From Candidatus Cryptobacteroides sp. (GTDB lineage: Bacteria > Bacteroidota > Bacteroidia > Bacteroidales > UBA932): a stretch of 64,000 nucleotides of DNA. This document shows positions 37,270 through 45,710 of the stretch, piece by piece. The position numbers were made by a program, and so were the translations under genes. The notes under the pieces are model-generated. The model saw only the letters and a program-made list of their open reading frames with translations. It did no database searches and was not told the origin of the DNA. The stretch spans positions 14,627-78,626 of the forward strand of contig JAZRVQ010000048.1 of NCBI GenBank assembly GCA_045599265.1, in the 5' to 3' direction. The number at the start of each line of letters is the position of its first letter. The first letter of the stretch is position 1.

Positions 37270-38598
37270 ATGGCAATCGACTTGACAAAAGGCAGTCCTG
37301 CAAAGGCAATCTTCCTCTACTCCCTGCCTATCATACTTGGAAACGTGTTCCAGCAGGTATACAATCTGGTGGACATGGTCATCGTGGGCAGGATGGTCAA
37401 TTACCAGGCACTGGCCGGACTGGGCATCACAGGCGGCACGACCTTCTTTGCGATGGGATTCGTATTCGGCATCACAGGCGGTTCGGGAATTATGGTGGCC
37501 CAGTATTTCGGGGCCAGGAACGCCGAGGGACTGCGCAAAGCCGTGGGGATGAGCATCATACTGAGCGCCGTCCTGGCACTGATCCTGACCGTCGGTATGG
37601 TCGCCGGCACTGAGCCGCTGCTGCGTCTGATAGGGACCGGTGATGAGATTTACCCGTACGCCCGTGACTACCTCAAAATCCTGTTTGCCGGCATCGTCAC
37701 CCAGACGGCCTACAACCTTGTGGCGTGCATACTCAGAGGCCTCGGGGACAGCCGCACACCGCTTTATTTCCTGATATTCTCATCCTTGCTCAACGTCGGA
37801 CTGGACATCGCCTTCATCGGCGGATTCGGCTGGGGCGTGAAGGGAGCAGCATACGCCACACTCGCAGCACAGGCCATCTCTGCCATACTCTGCTTCATCT
37901 TCGCATTCATACGCTACCCTGAGATCAGAATCAAAGCCAGCCATCTGCGCATCGACTGGAAGGAACTTGGGGAGCAGCTGCGCATCGGTGTGCCGATGGC
38001 CCTGCAGTTCAGCATCACCGCTGCCGGCATAATCATGCTGCAGGCCGCGCTCAATGCCTTCCCGGCCACATATATCGCCGGATTCTCGGCAGCCAACAAA
38101 GTCCAGAATGTGGGCTCGCTCGTAGCCATCTCATTCGGCGTCGCGATGGCCAATTATGCCGGCCAGAACTTCGGCGCGGGCGACATCCCCAGGGTACGCA
38201 AAGGCGTGAAGGTCACCGTGCTGATGACACTTGCAGTAAGCGTCGTGGCCGGCTCGCTGATGGCGGCACTGGCCGATCCGCTCACCTCTCTCTTCCTCGA
38301 GCCCGGCACCACCAATCTGGAAATATATTACGCATCGCGCCGATACATATATATGAGCGCGCTGTTCTTCCCGTTCCTGTATGTCATTTTCGTGTACAGA
38401 AACGCCCTGCAGGGCATCGGAAAAACCTTCCTGCCCCTTATGGCCGGCGTGCTGGAACTGCTCATCCGAGCCATCGGATCGGCCACTCTGCCACACCTGT
38501 GGGGCTACACCGGCATCACGTTCATCGACGTGTCGGCATGGATCGGCGCATCCTTGATGCTGTTCATCTCGTACCGCATCCAGATGCCGAAAAAATAA
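37270..38598 (+). CDS. MATE family efflux transporter
   Basis: 442 aa with 12 predicted TM segments. The N-terminus IFLYSLPIILGNVFQQVYNLVDMVIVGR is typical of MATE proteins. Confidence 0.9.
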   Translation: MAIDLTKGSPAKAIFLYSLPIILGNVFQQVYNLVDMVIVGRMVNYQALAGLGITGGTTFFAMGFVFGITGGSGIMVAQYFGARNAEGLRKAVGMSIILSAVLALILTVGMVAGTEPLLRLIGTGDEIYPYARDYLKILFAGIVTQTAYNLVACILRGLGDSRTPLYFLIFSSLLNVGLDIAFIGGFGWGVKGAAYATLAAQAISAILCFIFAFIRYPEIRIKASHLRIDWKELGEQLRIGVPMALQFSITAAGIIMLQAALNAFPATYIAGFSAANKVQNVGSLVAISFGVAMANYAGQNFGAGDIPRVRKGVKVTVLMTLAVSVVAGSLMAALADPLTSLFLEPGTTNLEIYYASRRYIYMSALFFPFLYVIFVYRNALQGIGKTFLPLMAGVLELLIRAIGSATLPHLWGYTGITFIDVSAWIGASLMLFISYRIQMPKK

Positions 38599-38600
38599 GG

Positions 38601-38700
38601 CGGCATGGCCGCGCTGATGCCCCCTGTCAAACGCGTCATATTGCGGAATGTTGCAGTCCTGCACATATTCCCGCAGGTCAGGTCGGATGTTGGTTGCCAT
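38601..38700 (-). pseudogene. Orphan 5' fragment (33 codons) of an HD-domain phosphohydrolase gene
   Basis: 100 nt collinear with 40780-40879, the first 33 codons of the intact gene. Hand alignment gives about 90/100 identical positions, and both copies end exactly at the ATG. The rest of track ORF 38131..38700 is antisense to the MATE gene. Confidence 0.6.
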
Positions 38701-38721
38701 AATGCGAGAATCAGTGGTGTA

Positions 38722-39066
38722 TTAACGGCATGCAGGACGTACAATCAGTTTGCTATGGTTCTTGACAAACTCTGCGAAATTAACAGAATTGCGGACATGG
38801 GGTTTAGTGACCAGAATGACAGGCTCGCCAAGGACGGCGGCCATTTTTGCAAGTGAGGCAGTTGTAAAGCCGTGAGCACCAGTCAACCACCTGGATATCT
38901 CTGATTCACGCTTCCCCATCAGCGAGGCGAATTCACGCTGAGTCAACCCCTTTTCCTGAAGGATATCATAAATCCTGTTGGCGATGTCCATATTCAGACG
39001 GACCTCCTCCCTTACCGCCGGATCGACTTCGGAGAGACATTGTTCGAATAAAGGGTTCCTCTTCAT
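38722..39066 (-). CDS. XRE-family helix-turn-helix protein (antitoxin-like)
   Basis: 114 aa. HTH_3 core LQEKGLTQREFASLMGKRESEISRWLTGAHGFTTASLAKMAAVLG. It lies 6 nt downstream of the putative toxin gene. Confidence 0.8.
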   Translation of the reverse strand: MKRNPLFEQCLSEVDPAVREEVRLNMDIANRIYDILQEKGLTQREFASLMGKRESEISRWLTGAHGFTTASLAKMAAVLGEPVILVTKPHVRNSVNFAEFVKNHSKLIVRPACR

Positions 39067-39072
39067 AACTAG

Positions 39073-39567
39073 CTATATTACAATGCTTTCAACAATTCTT
39101 TTCAAGGACACAAAATCATCTGGGTCAGTGTCAATCTGATTGACAATTCGCTTGATTTGTGCTTCTATATCTTTCAATTCACCTATAATCGTCAAGATAA
39201 CAGGGTCATCCTCATACCTCTGAGAAGTCGTCACTGCACCACCGCCAAGCACCAGCATCCTTTCTGACAGCCTCAAACAATACAACCTCATCTTTCCAAC
39301 ATTTTTGTCTATTCGCGGCATGTCAATGTACGTAGGGACAGCCTTGACATTTCCGCCTTCTGGCCTGAAATACCTTTCATACGCACCGGTCTCGCCTATT
39401 TTCTCGATAACAGACAGAATCGCCCCGAAAAACTTGACAAGCTGGGGATGTGTATGCGACCTGTTCGCAACCAAGAACTTCTCAAACTCATTCAATGTCT
39501 CACCATCAAACTTAGGTGAATACATACTGACCTTCTCTGTCTCCAATACAAGTTCCAACTTCCCCAT
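39073..39567 (-). CDS. Hypothetical; possible RelE/HigB(Gp49)-like toxin with a C-terminal extension
   Basis: AT-rich. KMRLYCLRLSERMLVLGGG resembles the conserved beta-strand pair of Gp49/HigB-type toxins. The toxin-first gene order matches higBA modules. Start at ATG 39567. Confidence 0.4.
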   Translation of the reverse strand: MGKLELVLETEKVSMYSPKFDGETLNEFEKFLVANRSHTHPQLVKFFGAILSVIEKIGETGAYERYFRPEGGNVKAVPTYIDMPRIDKNVGKMRLYCLRLSERMLVLGGGAVTTSQRYEDDPVILTIIGELKDIEAQIKRIVNQIDTDPDDFVSLKRIVESIVI

Positions 39568-39745
39568 ACAATGACTATTTCTCGAAGGACAAATGTACAT
39601 TGTATTTTCGAAATCGCAAAGGAAAACTTCACTTTTTTGTTAAGTTTGGGGTATGAATACTAGTTTTCGGAAACAAGGGACCTGACCTTCCCTGAGATTG
39701 GCCGTCGGCCGTCTCCACTCATAGTCTGGTTGCCGCAGAAATGAT

Positions 39746-39753
39746 TATCTTTG
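39746..39753 (+). promoter_or_regulatory. -7 promoter box (TATCTTTG)
   Basis: Matches TAnnTTTG, 15 nt upstream of the ndk ATG. Confidence 0.45.
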
Positions 39754-39768
39754 CAAAAATCTTACACT

Positions 39769-40236
39769 ATGGAACGTACTCTTCTTATCATAAAGCCATG
39801 CGCGGTGCAGCGCGGACTCATCGGCAAGATAATCACCAGACTCGAGCAGCGCGGGCTCAAACTGGTCGCCATGAAGATGGCCCAGCTGGACCCGGCAGTA
39901 CTGCGCGAACACTATGCCCACCTCGCCGCCAAGCCGTTCTACCCTATCATCGAAGAATCGATGATGGCGGCACCCGTGATCCTCACCTGCTGGGAAGGCA
40001 TAGACGCTGTCGAGGTCGTCCGTGAGATGGCAGGCGCGACCAACGGCCGCAAAGCCCTTCCGGGCACCCTGCGAGGCGATTTCTGCGTCAGCCACCAGGA
40101 GAACATCGTGCACACCTCCGACTCCAACGAAACCGCCGCCATCGAGCTCAGGCGCTTCTTCTCCGAGAGCGACTATTTCGACTACCCTTCCCCTATGCTC
40201 AGCTACATCTACGCCAAGGACGAGCTGAAGACGTAG
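39769..40236 (+). CDS. ndk: Nucleoside-diphosphate kinase
   Basis: MERTLLIIKPCAVQRGLIGKIITRLEQRGLKLVAMK, followed by the NIVHTSDS active-site His motif. Confidence 0.95.
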   Translation: MERTLLIIKPCAVQRGLIGKIITRLEQRGLKLVAMKMAQLDPAVLREHYAHLAAKPFYPIIEESMMAAPVILTCWEGIDAVEVVREMAGATNGRKALPGTLRGDFCVSHQENIVHTSDSNETAAIELRRFFSESDYFDYPSPMLSYIYAKDELKT

Positions 40237-40249
40237 TCGGAGCGCCAGG

Positions 40250-40879
40250 CTACATCTCTTCAGCGAACACCGTCTCGAAGACGGCACGCAGCCTGGCCTT
40301 GTCCCGGATTATGTCACGGAGTTCGTCGAGGCGGGCGGCATTGGCCGACTGCGGGATCCAAAGTTTGAGATAGCCACCTTCGGCATATTTCTCCTGCAGA
40401 TGCTCGCATGTGCGCTGCCAATGGCCTTCACGGTCCATTTCCGGGTAATTCCTGATTCCGAACTGGATGGTGCGGCGAATGACCACGTCAGGTATGATCT
40501 GACGGTCGGCCTCGGCCACGATCTTGCCGTAAATGCTGCGCGGCTCATGGTCCAGCGACGCCCTGTGGTCCTCGGCCGCCTGCGCGATGGTCTCAACCTC
40601 ATCCTCACTGAACCAGCGGCGCAGTTGCCTGTCCGCCCTGATTATCCTCCCCGACACCATGTGGTGAGTCTTGCGGTCCTCGCACAGGCCCAGATCATGG
40701 CACGCACACGCCACATAGACAATCTCCACATTGACGTCATAGAACGAGGCCAGGTACAGCCCCTGCCCTATCACATACTCGGCATGGCCGCGCTGATGCC
40801 CCCTGTCAAAGGCGTCATATTGCGGAATGATGCACTCCTGCACATATTCCCGCAGGTCGGGACGGATATGAGGTTCCAT
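40250..40879 (-). CDS. HD domain-containing phosphohydrolase
   Basis: H...HD motif (RGHAEY...ACACHDLG). About 209 aa from ATG 40879 (MEPHIRPDL). Confidence 0.8.
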   Translation of the reverse strand: MEPHIRPDLREYVQECIIPQYDAFDRGHQRGHAEYVIGQGLYLASFYDVNVEIVYVACACHDLGLCEDRKTHHMVSGRIIRADRQLRRWFSEDEVETIAQAAEDHRASLDHEPRSIYGKIVAEADRQIIPDVVIRRTIQFGIRNYPEMDREGHWQRTCEHLQEKYAEGGYLKLWIPQSANAARLDELRDIIRDKARLRAVFETVFAEEM

Positions 40880-40933
40880 ATTGAGCGGGTTAATTGTCAA
40901 TAGAAATATCACTGAGGGTACAGCCCTCCTTCA

Positions 40934-41170
40934 TTATGTCGAAATCCACCTTGCCGGCCACTCCGGGTCGACATAACTGTCACCCTCCGTCGCCTTGAGG
41001 AACACAAAACCCAACTTCAGGCTATCCCAGTCCGTCACAGTATTGTGATGTGACAAATCAATCCCGCAGACCGGCCTGTCAGGCTGACCTCCATTGGGTT
41101 CCCTACCCGAGTGGCAGGACTGGACGGCAAAAAGGAGGATGGTCCAAAGGATAAGGATGGAATGTATCAT
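40934..41170 (-). pseudogene. N-terminal remnant of a GH25 lysozyme/muramidase
   Basis: 78 aa. A signal peptide is followed by CGIDLSHHNTVTDWDSLKLGFVFLKATEGDSYVDPEW, the start of the GH25 barrel. It then stops. Full GH25 domains are about 180-200 aa. Confidence 0.55.
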
Positions 41171-41268
41171 AGAGGGAGGTTTCTAACTACACAAAAATAA
41201 TGAAATTGTGTGAATATCAAGAATTTTATTTATATTTGCGTAAATTTAACACAGTCACAATTAACACA

Positions 41269-41688
41269 ATGTACAATCTTGAAAGATTTCTGGATGCTCA
41301 GCGCTTCGATTATGCAAGCGCCCTGGCTGAAATCAAAGCTGGACAGAAGACCACCCACTGGATATGGTATATATTCCCGCAGATGAAAGGACTTGGCCAC
41401 AGCCCCAACTCACAGTACTATGGAATAACGAGTCTTGACGAGGCAAAAGAGTATCTGTCCCATCCCGTGCTGGGAACAAGGCTTCGTAAAATAACGGAAG
41501 CACTCCTCGCTATTGAAGGAAAATCCGCCGAGGAAATCCTTTCGCGGATTGACGCCCAAAAGGTGAAATCCAGCATGACCTTATTCAACGCAGCAAGTCC
41601 TGGAGACATCTTTGAAAAGGTGCTGGAGAAATATTATGCCGGCAAAGTCGACGGCAAGACTTTGGGGGTGATGAAATGCCGTCAGTGA
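41269..41688 (+). CDS. DUF1810 domain-containing protein
   Basis: MYNLERFLDAQRFDYASALAEIKAGQKTTHWIWYIFPQMKGLGHS matches the DUF1810 consensus from memory. Confidence 0.8.
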   Translation: MYNLERFLDAQRFDYASALAEIKAGQKTTHWIWYIFPQMKGLGHSPNSQYYGITSLDEAKEYLSHPVLGTRLRKITEALLAIEGKSAEEILSRIDAQKVKSSMTLFNAASPGDIFEKVLEKYYAGKVDGKTLGVMKCRQ

Positions 41689-41701
41689 CTGCAGCGGGGC
41701 A

Positions 41702-41890
41702 TCAAGCCGCCAGTGCCACAATCAGGACAATGACCACGATGATAATGACCGGGATCAGGATAAGCTCCAACGCGCACCCTGCCCCGCTCTTCGCCCCGGA
41801 AATCACACCTTCCTTCTCCTCTCCCTTCCTGGAAAAGACAAGACCGAGCACGGCACCAATCGCCATCAATGTAAGTATAAAGCTGAGCAT
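41702..41890 (-). CDS. Hypothetical small two-TM membrane protein
   Basis: 62 aa. Two hydrophobic helices flank a charged loop. No other support. Confidence 0.35.
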   Translation of the reverse strand: MLSFILTLMAIGAVLGLVFSRKGEEKEGVISGAKSGAGCALELILIPVIIIVVIVLIVALAA

Positions 41891-42178
41891 AATTGCAGGG
41901 TTAGGGGGTTAATGGGACAAAGATAGAATAATTTCAGAATTCTCACCACTGATCTTGTTCCCTCTATTCACCAAATTTTCCATGCCCACAAAGGTATGTG
42001 ACAAAAAACTCATTCCGGAAATAGCACGAGCTTATTTGCGAAAATCGCCCCTGCAAACCGCTGAGATGGCGAATTGTCGTGGTGGAAGTGTACCAAAATC
42101 CTCGTGGATGTCACTCTTCACAAAATAAATGCAGTTCCACACCAAAATCCCGAAATTTTCGTAATTTTGTCCCCAGTT

Positions 42179-43297
42179 ATGGAAGAGTTGCACAGAGAAA
42201 ACGATTTTTCGAGGTTGGAGCTGAATCTGGCCAACTGCGTCGAAAATTATAAATATTTCAGGGCAAAACTGGACAAGGGCACGAAGCTGCTGGTGCTGGT
42301 CAAGGCGAATGCGTACGGGCACGGTGCCGTTGAATATGCGTCGATGCTCAGGGACGCGGGGGCGGACTATTTCGCTGTCGCCTACCCTGTCGAGGGCGTG
42401 GAACTCCGCAAAGGGGGCATCATGACTCCGACCATTGTGCTGACGTCGGGAACCGACTATTTCAACGAGATGATCGACTATCAGCTCGAACCGGGCATCC
42501 CTAACCTGTACACTCTCAAGGCCCTCGTGGAGGTGCTGAAAAAGCGCAACCGCAAGGATTTCCCGATCCACATCAAGCTGGACACAGGGATGCATCGTCT
42601 GGGATTCATGAGTTCCGAGATACACGAGCTCATCCATTATCTGAACGAATGTCCGTGGGTGAAGGTGAAGTCCATATATTCCCACCTGGCGGTGGCCGAC
42701 GAGCTTGACTGCGACCGTTTCACGATTGCACAGATCGAGATGTTCAAGGCCAATGCGGACCTTATCACCAACGGCATAGGGTACAAGCCAATGTACCACA
42801 TACTCAACTCGGCCGGCATCGAGCGTTTCACGCAGTACCAGTTCGACATGGTCCGTCTGGGCATCGGCATTTACGGAGTAAGTTCGGTGCCGGGCATCCA
42901 GCTTGCGCCGGTCGCTTCGTTCAAGTGCAAGATATTGCAAATAAAGCACCTGCTTCCTGGTGACGGGGCCATCGGATATGGCCGCCACGGACACATTGCG
43001 CAGGGCGGCACCACCATCGCCACCATTCCGGTGGGATACGCAGACGGCCTTGACCGCCATCTGGGAAGGGGCAACTGCTCGTTCTCACTCAACGGGCACA
43101 GAGTCCCGACCATCGGCAACATCTGCATGGATATGTGCATGCTGGACATCACGGGCGTTGACGCCAAGGTCGGCGACACCGTGACCATCTTCGGCGAAGA
43201 CCCTACCGTAAGCGAACTTGCCGACATCCTCGGCACCATCCCTTACGAGATCCTTACCTCCGTCCCCCGCCGCATCGAGCGCGTGATAATCAAGTAG
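42179..43297 (+). CDS. alr: Alanine racemase
   Basis: LVLVKANAYGHGA (PLP lysine), with GYADG and the C-terminal barrel. Start at ATG 42179, 9 nt after TAATTTTG (42162-42169). Confidence 0.9.
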   Translation: MEELHRENDFSRLELNLANCVENYKYFRAKLDKGTKLLVLVKANAYGHGAVEYASMLRDAGADYFAVAYPVEGVELRKGGIMTPTIVLTSGTDYFNEMIDYQLEPGIPNLYTLKALVEVLKKRNRKDFPIHIKLDTGMHRLGFMSSEIHELIHYLNECPWVKVKSIYSHLAVADELDCDRFTIAQIEMFKANADLITNGIGYKPMYHILNSAGIERFTQYQFDMVRLGIGIYGVSSVPGIQLAPVASFKCKILQIKHLLPGDGAIGYGRHGHIAQGGTTIATIPVGYADGLDRHLGRGNCSFSLNGHRVPTIGNICMDMCMLDITGVDAKVGDTVTIFGEDPTVSELADILGTIPYEILTSVPRRIERVIIK

Positions 43298-43449
43298 TTA
43301 CTCTCTTGACCGGCACCTGACAAGTCCGCATCAGCGGACCGGCCGGGCCGGGACTTTTGACGAAGGCGCAGCCGAGGCAAAAGTCGGAAAGGCAGGTAGG
43401 CCGCACGGAGTGAGGAGTTTGAGGGCTGTGCCCTCAATATAATATAATG

Positions 43450-43487
43450 AAAAAGAGGCAAGCTCATTCGAGCTTGCCTCCTTTTTC
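43450..43487. terminator. Bidirectional rho-independent terminator
   Basis: AAAAA-GAGGCAAGCTC-ATTC-GAGCTTGCCTC-CTTTTTC. The hairpin contains the rng stop codon. Confidence 0.7.
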
Positions 43488-45041
43488 ATCAAATAATTCA
43501 TTCTGCAGGACAGTGAAGTCGGTGACTTCCTCCAGCCGGAGTTTGACCTTGTACTTCTTCTTCCATCTGGCTACGATGGAATTGAACATTCCCCTCGTCA
43601 GGTAGGCGCCCAGAATCGGGCTGACCTTCAGAGTGAGAGACTTGTAATTCTTCTCGGTCACATAGAAAGAGATGTTCCTCTCGATCTGGTCGTCAATGAC
43701 GACGCTCGAGGCGATTTTTCCCGTACCGTGACAGACCGGACAGACCTCCTGGGTCTCGATCTCGGTTGCCGGACGCACCCTCTGACGGGTGATCTGCATC
43801 AGGCCGAACTTGGTGAGCGGCAGCACGTTGTGCTTTGCCCTGTCCGACTCCATGAGGGTCTGCATGTACTTGTGGAGTTCATTTCTGTGCTCGCCGGACT
43901 CCATATCTATGAAATCGACGATGATGATGCCTCCCATGTCACGCAGCCTCATCTGACGCGCAATCTCTTCCGCAGCATAGCAGTTGACGTCAAAGGTATT
44001 CTGTTCCTGTTCCTTGTTCTTGGCACGGATACCGCTGTTGACATCGACCACATGCAGGGCCTCTGTGTGCTCGATCACGAGATATGCCCCCTGTTTGATA
44101 GGAACCACCTTGCCGAAGGAACTCTTTATCTGCCGGGTGACCTCGAAATGGTCGAAAATCGGCTCTTTGCCTTCGTAAAGTTTCACTATCTTCTCCTGTT
44201 CCGGAGAGATGAGCGAAATGTACTTGCGGCACTCTTCATAGACGTTCTCGTTGTTCACATAGATGTTGTTGAACGAATCGTTGAGAAGGTCTCTGAGGAC
44301 CGTGGTGGTCTTGCTGTACTCCGTAAAGAGCAGCTGGACAGTCTTGGACCGGGCAATCTTGCGCCAGGAATCCTCCCATTTCTCGATGAGGGACATGAGT
44401 TCGGCATCCAGAACGGATGAACTCTTGCCCTCCGCCGCAGTGCGGATTATCACTCCGTAATTGCGCGGGAGAATGTTCTCTACAAGCAGCTCAAGTCTTC
44501 TCTTCTCCTCTTTCGAGGTGATTTTCTGTGACACGCTCACCTTGTTTCCGAAGGGGAGCAGTACAATGTTTCGTCCTGCCAATGAAATTTCCGCAGTCAG
44601 TCGTGAACCTTTGGTCGAAATAGGCTCCTTCACAATCTGTACGGCCATCATCTGACCCACACTGAGGACTTCCTCTATGCGTCCTTCCTTCGGGAGCGGC
44701 TTCTCCAGCTTGATGTGGGAATACACGCCCTTGTGGTCGGTGTTGGGGTTGATGCGCTTGACGAACTCGTCGAAAGCATTGAAATAAAGCCCCAGGTCGA
44801 GATAGTGTACAAATGCCTCCTTCTCGTCTCCTATGTCGACAAAAGCAGCATTCAGGGCCGGTAGGAGTTTTTTCACCTTTCCGAGATAGACATCTCCGAC
44901 AGAATAGGTGTGACCCTGGCTGGACTCCTTGTCAAGTTCGATCAGTCGATGGTTCTCCATCAGCGCGATCGACACTTCCGTTGACCCTACGTCAACGATC
45001 AGGTCCTTTACGGACTCCTTTACAGAAGACTCAGACTCCAT
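43464..45041 (-). CDS. rng: Ribonuclease E/G family protein
   Basis: S1 domain GDVYLGKVKKLLPALNAAFVDIG, with IIVDFIDM and the CPVCHGTG zinc link. Start at ATG 45041. Confidence 0.9.
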   Translation of the reverse strand: MESESSVKESVKDLIVDVGSTEVSIALMENHRLIELDKESSQGHTYSVGDVYLGKVKKLLPALNAAFVDIGDEKEAFVHYLDLGLYFNAFDEFVKRINPNTDHKGVYSHIKLEKPLPKEGRIEEVLSVGQMMAVQIVKEPISTKGSRLTAEISLAGRNIVLLPFGNKVSVSQKITSKEEKRRLELLVENILPRNYGVIIRTAAEGKSSSVLDAELMSLIEKWEDSWRKIARSKTVQLLFTEYSKTTTVLRDLLNDSFNNIYVNNENVYEECRKYISLISPEQEKIVKLYEGKEPIFDHFEVTRQIKSSFGKVVPIKQGAYLVIEHTEALHVVDVNSGIRAKNKEQEQNTFDVNCYAAEEIARQMRLRDMGGIIIVDFIDMESGEHRNELHKYMQTLMESDRAKHNVLPLTKFGLMQITRQRVRPATEIETQEVCPVCHGTGKIASSVVIDDQIERNISFYVTEKNYKSLTLKVSPILGAYLTRGMFNSIVARWKKKYKVKLRLEEVTDFTVLQNELFDEKGGKLE

Positions 45042-45060
45042 AATGGAAATTTTGTGGCAA

Positions 45061-45087
45061 CACAAAAGGCCGGCACTGCGGCCAGCC
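45061..45087 (-). terminator. Probable rho-independent terminator
   Basis: On the minus strand, GGCTGGCC-GCAGTG-CCGGCC(TT) is followed by TTTTGTG, downstream of the small basic ORF. Confidence 0.45.
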
Positions 45088-45105
45088 TTTCAATAAAGCA
45101 TAAGA

Positions 45106-45195
45106 CTACTTCTTCTTGTGTCTGTTCTTGCGTAAGCGTTTCTTGCGCTTATGCGTAGCCATTTTATGCCTTTTGTGCTTTTTTCCGTTTGGCAT
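45106..45195 (-). CDS. 29-aa Lys/Arg-rich peptide, possibly a bS22-type (AURKAIP1/COX24-like) small ribosomal protein
   Basis: Below the track's size cutoff. The hand translation is MPNGKKHKRHKMATHKRKKRLRKNRHKKK*. It sits between hup and rng on the same strand and has its own hairpin terminator. Confidence 0.5.
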   Translation of the reverse strand: MPNGKKHKRHKMATHKRKKRLRKNRHKKK

Positions 45196-45216
45196 AATTA
45201 AAAAAGTTTAAAAAAA

Positions 45217-45492
45217 TTATTTCTTGATTTCAGCTGTGAAGACCTTTGCAGGCTTGAAAGCTGGAATGTTGTGTGCAGGGATTGTGAGAGTGGTGTTCTT
45301 TGTGATGTTGCGCGCTGCCTTCTCTGCTCTATGCTTGATGATGAAGCTGCCGAATCCGCGGAGATAAACAGGCTCGCCCTGTGCGAGGGAACCCTTTACT
45401 GTCTCCATGAAAGCCTCGACTACTGTCTGAACTGCTACCTTCTCTATTCCAGTTGACTTTGCAACTTCATTTACGATTTCTGCCTTTGTCAT
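45217..45492 (-). CDS. hup: HU family DNA-binding protein
   Basis: 91 aa: MTKAEIVNEVAKSTG...LRGFGSFIIKHRAEKAARN...IPA...P.FKP. Confidence 0.95.
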   Translation of the reverse strand: MTKAEIVNEVAKSTGIEKVAVQTVVEAFMETVKGSLAQGEPVYLRGFGSFIIKHRAEKAARNITKNTTLTIPAHNIPAFKPAKVFTAEIKK

Positions 45493-45603
45493 AATGCGTA
45501 TGAATTAAAGTTTATTATTTAGTTACGTTGATATTTGCGGATAAAACCGTGCAAAATTAGGCGTAATTTTTTAATAATCAAAAAAAATCCTGATTTTTAG
45601 TCT

Positions 45604-45611
45604 TATCTTTG
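45604..45611 (+). promoter_or_regulatory. -7 promoter box (TATCTTTG)
   Basis: Matches TAnnTTTG, about 100 nt upstream of the lon ATG. Confidence 0.4.
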
Positions 45612-45710
45612 CCGTCACGATGTGGCACGGTCGTTGACCATATACGGTATCGGGCTGAAAAGTGGGCGGAAACTGCCATTTTGTCAGCGCGCTGTCACAA
45701 ATTTGAATGT

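Noticed and set aside
38131-38700. 189-aa minus-strand ORF that looks like an HD-domain protein at its N-terminus
   Set aside because: Only the first 33 codons (38601-38700) are homologous to the HD gene. The remainder is antisense to the MATE transporter. It is reported as a gene fragment instead.
41891-42178. A possible remnant of a murF domain upstream of alr, since alr is fused to murF in many Bacteroidota
   Set aside because: No open frame or Mur-ligase motif is visible in the 290-bp spacer, and a -7 box sits just before the alr ATG.
42032-43060. 342-aa minus-strand ORF
   Set aside because: It is fully antisense to alanine racemase, which has unmistakable motifs. Its product is low-complexity and Arg/Val/His-rich.
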